Below are positions 9,292 through 16,716 of a stretch of DNA of 37,246 nucleotides, one piece after another. The notes under the pieces are model-generated. The model was given only the letters and a program-made list of their open reading frames with translations. It was not told the origin of the DNA and did not search any database. The translations under genes were made by a program, and so were the position numbers. Within the stretch, counting starts at the first letter, position 1. Each line of letters begins with the position of its first letter. The stretch is taken from positions 1-37,246 of the forward strand of contig JAZDOG010000078.1 of NCBI GenBank assembly GCA_043798915.1. Direction: 5' to 3'. This DNA comes from Pseudomonadota bacterium (GTDB taxonomy: Bacteria; UBA10199; 2-02-FULL-44-16; JAAZCA01).

Positions 9292-10278
9292 ATGGCGGCA
9301 AAAGGCAAAACGCGCGCTTTGTCTCTCCTCTCGGGCGGTCTGGACAGCCTGCTCGCTGTTCGGGCGCTTCAGGAGCAGGGGATCGAGGTCATCGGCATCA
9401 CCTTCACCAGCCCGTTCTTCGGTTCCGCGAACGCGGAGCAGGGGGCGGTGCAGCTTGGGATCGAACTCATTATCCAGGATATCACCGACGATCATCTGCC
9501 GGTCGTGAAGAATCCTCCGCACGGCTATGGCAAGTGCCTGAATCCCTGCATCGATTGCCATGCGCTCATGATCCGCAAGGCGGGCGAGGTCATGAGGCGC
9601 GACGGCTTCGACCTGATCACCACCGGCGAGGTCCTGGGCGAGCGGCCTATGTCGCAGAACATGCAGGCTCTTGGGACGGTGGAGCGCGACTCCGGTTGCA
9701 AGGGGTTTCTTCTGCGCCCGCTCTCGGCGAAGCTGCTGCTGCCCACGTGGCCGGAGATCGAGGGACAAGTCGACAGGGAGCAACTCTTCGCAATCGAGGG
9801 ACGATCTCGCAAACCGCAGATGGTCTTGGCAAAGAGGTTTGGCATCAAGAGCTATGTGCAGCCCGCGGGCGGTTGCCTGCTCACCGACCCGGCGTTCTGC
9901 GCGCGGCTCTCGGAACTCTGGGGCGCGAATCCGGATGCGAGCGTAGAGGACATAAGACTGCTCCGCCTCGGGCGGCATTTCCGCCTTCCTTCGGGTGCAA
10001 AGGCGATCGTCGGGCGCGACATGAACGACAACGAAAGGATCGCTGCAAAAGCGGTCAGCGGAACAGCTCTCCTCTCAGCGGAATCCGTCCCGGGTCCAGT
10101 GGTGCTCCTCGTCGAGGGGAGCGGCCGTGAGGACATCGAAATTGCCGCGAGGCTCTGCGCGAGTTTTTCGGACCACGGCGAGGGCGAGGTGGGCATGGAT
10201 GTTCAATCGGGCTCCGGTACTGAGCGGATTGCGGTTCATCCATCGCCGCGCAGCGAGTTCGACGTCATGAGGATATGA
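9292..10278 (+). CDS. PP-loop ATPase, putative tRNA sulfurtransferase (ThiI/MnmA-related) with C-terminal NFACT-R/DUF814-like region
   Basis: SGGLDS PP-loop, NPCIDC, TGEVLGERPMSQ, PAGGCLLT, GRHFRL. Confidence 0.75.
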   Translation: MAAKGKTRALSLLSGGLDSLLAVRALQEQGIEVIGITFTSPFFGSANAEQGAVQLGIELIIQDITDDHLPVVKNPPHGYGKCLNPCIDCHALMIRKAGEVMRRDGFDLITTGEVLGERPMSQNMQALGTVERDSGCKGFLLRPLSAKLLLPTWPEIEGQVDREQLFAIEGRSRKPQMVLAKRFGIKSYVQPAGGCLLTDPAFCARLSELWGANPDASVEDIRLLRLGRHFRLPSGAKAIVGRDMNDNERIAAKAVSGTALLSAESVPGPVVLLVEGSGREDIEIAARLCASFSDHGEGEVGMDVQSGSGTERIAVHPSPRSEFDVMRI

Positions 10279-10288
10279 GAGGTCTTAA

Positions 10289-10810
10289 ATGCGCACTAAC
10301 TACGATATCCTGGGTATAACACCGCAGGCGCCGGCCGAGATAGTGAGCGCCGTCTATCGGGCGTGGATGAAGGCGCTGAAGGTGCATCCGGACCTCGGTG
10401 GCGACGAGGAGCTGGCCAAGGAGATCAACGCCGCATATGATATCCTCCGTGATCCGGGGCGCCGGGCGGTTTACGATGCTGAATTGAAGCGCAGCGCCAG
10501 TTCGCCCCTAAACCACGGGGCACGGCGGGCTCCTCGCTCCGAGGTGGATTCGCCGATCGCCTATTGTCAGGCCGCTACGCAGGAATGGCATTCGGCGCGC
10601 GCAGTCGACGCGAGCGTCCTGGGACTCAAATTCGTAACTGACGAAGAACTCCTTGTCGGGATGCATCTTGCCGTTGCATTTCCGGGCAGCACGTCGCCGG
10701 CGGTCGAGGCGGACGTCCGATGGGCGAGGGCAGCTAGCAACGGCTTTGAGGTCGGCGTTGAATTCTTCGAACCGGTGCCAAACATTCTGAATCGTTTGAG
10801 GGCAACCTGA
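10289..10810 (+). CDS. J-domain + PilZ domain fusion protein
   Basis: NYDILG...VHPD...INAAYDILRDP J-domain; RRAPR (RxxxR) and DASVLG (DxSxxG) PilZ motifs, ending in VRW...VGVEF. Confidence 0.82.
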   Translation: MRTNYDILGITPQAPAEIVSAVYRAWMKALKVHPDLGGDEELAKEINAAYDILRDPGRRAVYDAELKRSASSPLNHGARRAPRSEVDSPIAYCQAATQEWHSARAVDASVLGLKFVTDEELLVGMHLAVAFPGSTSPAVEADVRWARAASNGFEVGVEFFEPVPNILNRLRAT

Positions 10811-10834
10811 TAGGGGGTGCTCAAGGCTTTATTG

Positions 10835-10863
10835 TTGACAGACATTCACCCATCGGGTACGTG
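10835..10863 (+). promoter_or_regulatory. Putative sigma70 promoter for tRNA-fMet
   Basis: TTGACA-17 nt-TACGTG upstream of the tRNA. Confidence 0.5.
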
Positions 10864-10894
10864 CAGCCGCAGTTTCCATGAAAACTCAATATAT

Positions 10895-10971
<77 letters not shown>

Positions 10972-11011
10972 AAAACAAAAGGTCCGCGTCGTTTGCGGGC
11001 CTTTTGTTTTT
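10972..11011 (+). terminator. Intrinsic terminator after tRNA-fMet
   Basis: AAAACAAAAGGTCCGC / GCGGGCCTTTTGTTTTT hairpin with T tail. Confidence 0.75.
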
Positions 11012-11160
11012 GTTGTGGGGATGTGTGAATAAAACTGGTGGTTCTCAACCCATCTCTCCCCGCCCGAAACTGGCAAAACAGGTTTTTCGGGCAAAAAAAT
11101 GACCTCTGAGGCACTTTTTACTTGAAAGTGGTGCCCCTATCATTATATACAGCCCGCCCT

Positions 11161-11814
11161 ATGAAAAACCAAAACGCGTTTATATTCGATCTGGATGGCA
11201 CTGTAGTAAACCCCGGCACGGCGATCCCCCGATGTATCAACTATGCCCTTAAAAAACAGGGGATCAAACCCGTTCCGATCGAGCGCCTGAAGCGGTACAT
11301 CGGCTTCGGCCTCGAGTCGATCTTCGCGGATATCACCAAGCGCAAGGACAAGCGCTTTCTCAAGGCGTGTGTCGATTGCTATCGCGAGCGCTTCCACAAG
11401 GAGGGCATCGCCGAGCATCGCCTCTATCCGGGCATCGTGGGGCTGCTCGAGGCGGCGTCGAAGCAGGGTTCTCTCGTCGTCGCGTCGATAAAGCCCAAGG
11501 TCTCCTGCGACATGGTCCTGGACCATCTCGGCATCAAGCCGTTCTTCACGTCCGTCTATGGCAGCGAGCTCTCCGGCAAGTTTGGCAACAAGATGGACCT
11601 CCTGAAGCACGTCATGAAGACCGAAGGGATCAAGAGGGGCGTGGTCATAGGCGATCGCGGCATCGACATGGAGGCGGCCAGAAAGTGCTCCTGCGTTTCG
11701 ATCGGCGTCTCCTACGGCTATGGCACGAAGGAGGAGCTTGCGGCGGCTGGCGCCGACAGGATCGCCGAGACCGTGGGCGAGCTGCGCCAGTGTTTGCTCA
11801 GCAATCACACATGA
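11161..11814 (+). CDS. HAD-superfamily hydrolase (phosphoglycolate phosphatase/nucleotidase-like)
   Basis: FDLDGT motif I and IGDRGID motif, GVSYGYG. Confidence 0.88.
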   Translation: MKNQNAFIFDLDGTVVNPGTAIPRCINYALKKQGIKPVPIERLKRYIGFGLESIFADITKRKDKRFLKACVDCYRERFHKEGIAEHRLYPGIVGLLEAASKQGSLVVASIKPKVSCDMVLDHLGIKPFFTSVYGSELSGKFGNKMDLLKHVMKTEGIKRGVVIGDRGIDMEAARKCSCVSIGVSYGYGTKEELAAAGADRIAETVGELRQCLLSNHT

Positions 11815-12611
11815 CGGCGTCATACGAAGACAAGGTGAAAAACTTGAGGCGGCGCCTCCGTGAATTGGAGAGCGCCGTCGTTGCTTTTTCGGGCGGCGTC
11901 GATTCGTCCGTGCTGGCTGCCCTGGCGCATGAGGAGCTTGGGGCGCGGATGATAGCTGCCACTGGAGTATCGCCCGGTCTCCCTCAAGTCGACAGACTCT
12001 CCGCCCAGTCCCTTTGTCTGGAGCGGGGCATCCCTCATCGCTTCGTGGAGACCCGCGAGTTTGACGATCCAACCTTTACGGCGAATCCTGACGATCGCTG
12101 CTATCATTGCAAACGGCACCTGTACAATCGTTTCGTCTCCATGGCGGATGAGCTGGGCTTCGGATTTGTCGTCGAGGGGACGAACGCCTCGGATCTTGCC
12201 GGACACAGGCCCGGCCATCGCGCGTCGCGGGAGAACCCGCGCGTCGCCACGCCGCTCATCGAGGCTGGCTTCACCAAGGATGAGGTGCGTATGCTCGCCA
12301 GGAATCTTGGCCTCGCGGCCGCAGACAAGCCGGCTTCAGCCTGTCTCTCGTCGCGCGTGCCGGCGGGAACAAGCCTCGATCCTGTATTGCTCGCGAGGAT
12401 CGACAGGGCGGAGGAATCGCTCAGGGCTGTCGGTGCGGCGCAGGTGCGCGTGCGCCACCATGGCGATCTCGCGCGCATTGAGGTGGGCGGCCGCGACCTG
12501 GAACTCGTCCTCGAACAACGCATCGTGATTTCGGAACGCATTCGCTCGCTGGGATGGAAGTTCGTCGCGCTGGACATCGACGGATACCGCACCGGCGGCA
12601 TGAAGGAGTGA
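11811..12611 (+). CDS. larE: Nickel-pincer nucleotide sulfur transferase LarE
   Basis: AFSGGVDS PP-loop, RCYHCK, RPG, KPASACLSSR, VRVRHH; adjacent to larB. Confidence 0.9.
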   Translation: MTASYEDKVKNLRRRLRELESAVVAFSGGVDSSVLAALAHEELGARMIAATGVSPGLPQVDRLSAQSLCLERGIPHRFVETREFDDPTFTANPDDRCYHCKRHLYNRFVSMADELGFGFVVEGTNASDLAGHRPGHRASRENPRVATPLIEAGFTKDEVRMLARNLGLAAADKPASACLSSRVPAGTSLDPVLLARIDRAEESLRAVGAAQVRVRHHGDLARIEVGGRDLELVLEQRIVISERIRSLGWKFVALDIDGYRTGGMKE

Positions 12612-13381
12612 CGCCTGCCGTGGATTCCAGAAACATCAAAGAGATACTCGAGCAGGTCGTGTCCGGCAGAAAGAGCCAGGCTGAGGCGCTTGATGCCCTG
12701 AGGGACCTCCCTTTCGCCGACATGGGGGTAGCCAAGCACGATCTCCACCGCGCATTGCGCAACGGTTTCTCGGAGGTGATACTCTGCGAGGGGAAGAGGC
12801 TGGAACATCTCCTGCACATCGTCGCAGAGATGGCCGGGCGCGGGGTGAATCTCTTCGGCACGCGAGCCGAAGAATCGGCGGCAAACGTCATCGTCCAAAA
12901 ATTCCCGAAGGCCGACTATGATCCGGTAAGCCGCACATTCAAGCTGATGAATCGACCCGTCCTGCCGCTTCCGGGGAGGCTTGCGATCCTCTGCGCTGGC
13001 ACCGCGGATCTCGGTGTCGCCGAGGAGGCCAGGCGCACGGCGGAGTTCTTCGGCGTCGAGGCCACAAAACATTACGATGTCGGGGTCGCCGGCATCCACA
13101 GGCTCTTCGCCTGCGTCGATTCTCTGCGCGAGGTCGATGCGGCGATAGCGGTCGCCGGCATGGAAGGGGCGCTGCCGAGCGTCGTCGGCGGCCTGATATC
13201 CGCTCCGGTCATCGCCGTGCCCACGAGCGCCGGATACGGGGCGAACCTGGGCGGGATAGCGGCGCTGCTCGCGATGCTCAACAGTTGCTCGGAGGGCATC
13301 ACGGTCGTCAACATCGACAATGGCTTCGGAGCGGCCTGCGCCGCACTGAGGATCATGCGCACGAACGCGCGACCGAGATAA
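12608..13381 (+). CDS. larB: Nickel-pincer cofactor biosynthesis carboxylase/hydrolase LarB
   Basis: AGTAD, DVGVAGIHRL, AGMEGALPSVVGGL, PTSAGYG, NSCSEG, VNIDNGFGAA; GTG start overlapping larE stop. Confidence 0.92.
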   Translation: MTPAVDSRNIKEILEQVVSGRKSQAEALDALRDLPFADMGVAKHDLHRALRNGFSEVILCEGKRLEHLLHIVAEMAGRGVNLFGTRAEESAANVIVQKFPKADYDPVSRTFKLMNRPVLPLPGRLAILCAGTADLGVAEEARRTAEFFGVEATKHYDVGVAGIHRLFACVDSLREVDAAIAVAGMEGALPSVVGGLISAPVIAVPTSAGYGANLGGIAALLAMLNSCSEGITVVNIDNGFGAACAALRIMRTNARPR

Positions 13382-13385
13382 CATC

Positions 13386-14327
13386 ATGCGGACACCTGTA
13401 GTCTGGCTTACGCTCCTGTTTGTGATGGGCGTCCTGTGGGCCGGATCCAACTCGGTAGTGAAGATGGGGCTTGGCTCCATCGATCCGCTCGCGCTCGTCT
13501 TCTGGCGCTTTGCTGTGGCGTTCGCCGTCCTTGCAATCTGGATCGCCATCAAAAGGTATTCGTTGAGGATCGGACGCGGCGACCTCCTTCGCATCGGCGG
13601 GGCTGGGCTTCTGCTCGCCTCTTCAAACCTCCTGTGGGTGGCCGGCATCGGGATGTCCCGCGCATCGGATGCCTCGCTCCTGTACGTCTTCGAGCCGGTC
13701 TGGGGGATCCTTCTCGCCAGCATCATCCTGAAGGAGAAATTGCGCGCGACGACCATCGTTGGCCTCCTGTTCGTTCTCCTGGGGCTGGCAGTTCTCTCCG
13801 GTTTCAATGCCGGGGCGTTTGGCTTGAAGGCGAGCGGCTCTGCGGTGGGAAACCTCCTGGTCGTCGCAGGCCTCATCTGCGAAGGATTATACTCGATTGT
13901 GCTGAAGCCCTTGGCGGCTCGCGTGTCCGCACCGGTCGTCACTGCCGGCAACCTCGCGGTCGCAGCCGCGGTCACTGCGATTCCGATGGGACTTCGAGGC
14001 GGTTTTTCGGTTCCATCCGGCGCCGGCGCTCTTTTTTCGATCGCTTACCTGTCCATCATCTGCACGGTGATAGGCTACACGCTGTGGGTGGCAGTGATGA
14101 AACATGCACCGGTCGGGCTGATGCTCTTCACCGTCTTCATTCAGCCAATCGCAGGCCCGCTCATCGCTGCGGGCTTTCTCGGCGAGCATCTCGACGCGCA
14201 CCTTCTGTTAGGAGGTGCGCCGCTCATCATCGGCATGTTCATAGCGGTCGCCGGGCATCTGCGCGGCGAGCGACGCAATGCGGCGATGTCGAATGCTGTT
14301 GCAATATCGATCGCTGGGGGAGTCTGA
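13386..14327 (+). CDS. DMT/EamA-family transporter
   Basis: About ten hydrophobic helices in two repeats; LKEKL and FLGEHL motifs. Confidence 0.85.
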   Translation: MRTPVVWLTLLFVMGVLWAGSNSVVKMGLGSIDPLALVFWRFAVAFAVLAIWIAIKRYSLRIGRGDLLRIGGAGLLLASSNLLWVAGIGMSRASDASLLYVFEPVWGILLASIILKEKLRATTIVGLLFVLLGLAVLSGFNAGAFGLKASGSAVGNLLVVAGLICEGLYSIVLKPLAARVSAPVVTAGNLAVAAAVTAIPMGLRGGFSVPSGAGALFSIAYLSIICTVIGYTLWVAVMKHAPVGLMLFTVFIQPIAGPLIAAGFLGEHLDAHLLLGGAPLIIGMFIAVAGHLRGERRNAAMSNAVAISIAGGV

Positions 14328-14380
14328 AAAAATTCCGATCACTCAATTGAATATAATTATGCATAATATTTAAAAAAAGT

Positions 14381-14409
14381 TTGACTCTGCTCGAACAGTT
14401 CTTTATAAT
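14381..14409 (+). promoter_or_regulatory. Near-consensus sigma70 promoter for the Lys-rich microprotein
   Basis: TTGACT-17 nt-TATAAT with an AT-rich UP-like tract upstream. Confidence 0.8.
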
Positions 14410-14463
14410 TTAACATGAAATTGGGGAAGGATGGGAAAACAACCTTTTTCAAAGGAGGGGGAA

Positions 14464-14544
14464 ATGGTTAAGAAAAAAAAGGCAAAGAAGGCGAAGAAAA
14501 AGGTAGCGAAGAAAAAGAAGAAGGCTTCCAGGAAGTGCAGATAG
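14464..14544 (+). CDS. 26-aa Lys/Ala-rich basic microprotein (histone H1-tail-like), below the ORF-track cutoff
   Basis: MVKKKKAKKAKKKVAKKKKKASRKCR; AAAGGAGG SD, tandem TAG TAA stops, own promoter and terminator. Confidence 0.75.
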   Translation: MVKKKKAKKAKKKVAKKKKKASRKCR

Positions 14545-14573
14545 TAACAAAGAGATTAGAATTTGCTGGATCG

Positions 14574-14603
14574 AAGGAGGGCCCGAGCGGCCCTCCTTTT
14601 TTT
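14574..14603 (+). terminator. Intrinsic terminator after the microprotein gene
   Basis: AAGGAGGGCC-CGAGC-GGCCCTCCTT followed by TTTTT. Confidence 0.85.
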
Positions 14604-14617
14604 ATATACCGTTCAAG

Positions 14618-14686
14618 CAAGTGATGGGACAGGTAAGGGGTCGAGCGGCGAGCCGAAGCGAGACCCCTTACCTGTCCCATCACTTG
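14618..14686. repeat. Perfect 25-bp inverted repeat with 19-nt spacer (MITE/REP-like)
   Basis: CAAGTGATGGGACAGGTAAGGGGTC (14618-14642) is the exact reverse complement of GACCCCTTACCTGTCCCATCACTTG (14662-14686). Confidence 0.85.
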
Positions 14687-14796
14687 TGCAGTCTCCCCGC
14701 AAAGCCCGGCATGCCGACGTTTACATTTTGCCTTGTACCACCAGTGCGAATGTGTTAATCGCGCAGCAATAAATGCGACGGCGAAGGAGGTAGAGA

Positions 14797-15348
14797 GTGT
14801 CAGCATACGTTCCGAGCAAGATTTTTCTCACGAAGGGCGTCGGACGCCATCGCGAAAAGCTGCAGAGCTTCGAGATGGCCCTTCGCCATGCGAGGATCGC
14901 TCAGTTCAATCTCGTCAGGGTGTCGAGCATCTTCCCGCCGGCGTGCCGGATCATACCGCGCAACGAGGGCGTGATGAGGCTTCGGCCCGGCCAGGTTGTG
15001 CACTGCGTCCTTTCCGACTGCGCCACCAACGAGCAGCATCGCCTGATAGCATCCTCCTGCGGCCTCTCGATCCCCAAGAACAGCGAATATCATGGCTATC
15101 TCTCCGAGCACCACGCCTTCGGTCAGAACGAGAAGCAGGCCGGCGACTATGCCGAGGATCTGGCCGCCGAGATGCTCGCCACGACGCTGGGCGTGGTATT
15201 CGATGCCGATAAATCGTGGAATGATCGCAAGGGCACGTGGACGATCTCCGGAGAGATCGTGAAGACCCTCAATATCACGCAGTCAGCGCTCGGCGACCGG
15301 TACGACCAGTGGACCACGGTGGTTGCCGGTGCAATCTTCGTCCCATAA
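14797..15348 (+). CDS. pdaD: Pyruvoyl-dependent arginine decarboxylase
   Basis: SFEMAL, NLVRVSSIFPP self-cleavage site, GYLSEHH, WTTVVAG; AAGGAGG SD; agmatinase downstream. Confidence 0.88.
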   Translation: MSAYVPSKIFLTKGVGRHREKLQSFEMALRHARIAQFNLVRVSSIFPPACRIIPRNEGVMRLRPGQVVHCVLSDCATNEQHRLIASSCGLSIPKNSEYHGYLSEHHAFGQNEKQAGDYAEDLAAEMLATTLGVVFDADKSWNDRKGTWTISGEIVKTLNITQSALGDRYDQWTTVVAGAIFVP

Positions 15349-15349
15349 A

Positions 15350-16222
15350 ATGCTTCTCTCAAATTTTTTAGGTCTCTCCGAAAAATATTCCGCATACGAC
15401 AAGGCGCGTGTCGCCGTGCTGCCCGTCCCTTACGAAGCGACCGTGAGCTATGGCCGCGGCACAGCCAAGGGCCCAAGCGCGATCATCGCTGCGTCATCTC
15501 AGGTCGAGTTCTATGACGAAGAACTCGGGTGCGAGCCCTATGAGGCCGGCATTGCGACGCTTGAGCCGCTCATGGTCGCCGGCCTGGCGCCTGCCGCCAT
15601 GCGGGGAAGGGTTGTGCCAGCCGTGAAGAAAATAATCTCGGACGGCAAGCTGCCGTTTGTCCTGGGAGGCGAGCATTCGATCACTCCGGCTGTCGTCCTG
15701 GCCGTGCATGCCGTGCACGGCCATGTCACCGTGGTGCAGTTCGACGCCCATGCGGATCTTCGGCAGGAATATGAGGGCGAACCGATGAGCCATGCCTGTG
15801 CCATGGCTCGCGTGCGCGATATCTGCCCCGTGGTTCATCTTGGAATACGCAACATATCCAAAGAAGAGGCCAAATTGGCCTCGCGCGAGAAATTTCCGAT
15901 CTTCTACGCCAAAGATATGCATCGTTCCGACGACTGGATGGAGGAGGCGATCAAAGCGATCGGAACGGAGAAGGTCTACGCCACGATCGATGTCGACGCC
16001 TTCGATTCATCCGTCATGCCGGCGACCGGAACACCGGAGCCAGGCGGCCTTGGCTGGTATCAGGTTGTCGATTTTCTGCGCCTGTTGTGCAGGAGGAAGA
16101 GGGTGGTCGGATTCGACGTGGTGGAACTGGCGCCGCTCGACGGAATGCGCGCCTGCGACTTTCTCGCGGCAAAACTTGCCTACAAATGCATCGGTTATTG
16201 GCAGACGGGAATCAACTGCTAG
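15350..16222 (+). CDS. speB: Agmatinase
   Basis: GGEHS, FDAHAD, DVDAFD, TGTPEPGG ureohydrolase motifs. Confidence 0.92.
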   Translation: MLLSNFLGLSEKYSAYDKARVAVLPVPYEATVSYGRGTAKGPSAIIAASSQVEFYDEELGCEPYEAGIATLEPLMVAGLAPAAMRGRVVPAVKKIISDGKLPFVLGGEHSITPAVVLAVHAVHGHVTVVQFDAHADLRQEYEGEPMSHACAMARVRDICPVVHLGIRNISKEEAKLASREKFPIFYAKDMHRSDDWMEEAIKAIGTEKVYATIDVDAFDSSVMPATGTPEPGGLGWYQVVDFLRLLCRRKRVVGFDVVELAPLDGMRACDFLAAKLAYKCIGYWQTGINC

Positions 16223-16410
16223 TGGATGGTGTCTCCGAACCTCTTCGTCAGCGAGCTGATCGCCTCGCCGCGCTCGATAAGCCTCGTCGCTACATCCCAC
16301 TCGAAGCTCTCGACGTTGACACCGGTCTCGATCAGGAGACAGGCGAATCTCTCGCTGTCGACGTCGCCCCCGATCACTTCCAAGCACAACGCCCTCAGTG
16401 CGGGATCCAT
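16219..16410 (-). CDS. Small acidic hypothetical protein (63 aa)
   Basis: MDPALRALCLEVIGG...FGDTIH; G-rich SD-like GGGGG before ATG; stop overlaps the speB stop. Confidence 0.5.
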   Translation of the reverse strand: MDPALRALCLEVIGGDVDSERFACLLIETGVNVESFEWDVATRLIERGEAISSLTKRFGDTIH

Positions 16411-16716
16411 GATTTCCCCCGGTCCTGGATCCGCCTCCCTGCCCCCGTCCAATACAAAACATTGGACAGGACCCCCATCGGCAGGGGGGCTTACTACGAA
16501 TATAACTACTTGAAATGCATGTGCTTATTTACAGACCGCATTGACCTATAATTTACCATAATTTAACTACATTTTATTCCTATATCACATCAAGTCAAGT
16601 AAAAGTGCTAATATTTTAACATATTGTGGTATCTTAAGCGGTGTGTTCATTCACTATTTCCCTTGAGCAGGTCCGATGTATCTGATAACGCGATATCTCT
16701 CGGTTTTTCCTGTTAA

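Noticed and set aside
11062..11099. Hairpin GCCCGAAA...TTTCGGGC followed by an A-run
   Set aside because: The A-tract is on the wrong side to give a U-tail on either strand; no function assignable
12104..13975. Long antisense ORFs (12104-13975; also 18105-19541, 32383-33468, 34449-35999, 36374-37240)
   Set aside because: Lie opposite well-supported genes; expected from GC-rich codon bias, with no independent motifs
14415..14471. 18-aa ORF MKLGKDGKTTFFKGGGNG starting near the predicted TSS
   Set aside because: Could be a leaderless uORF but has no other support; the downstream SD clearly serves ATG 14464
16615..16632. AACATATTGTGGT resembling half an NrdR box
   Set aside because: Only a half match, single copy, and neighbouring genes are not ribonucleotide reductases
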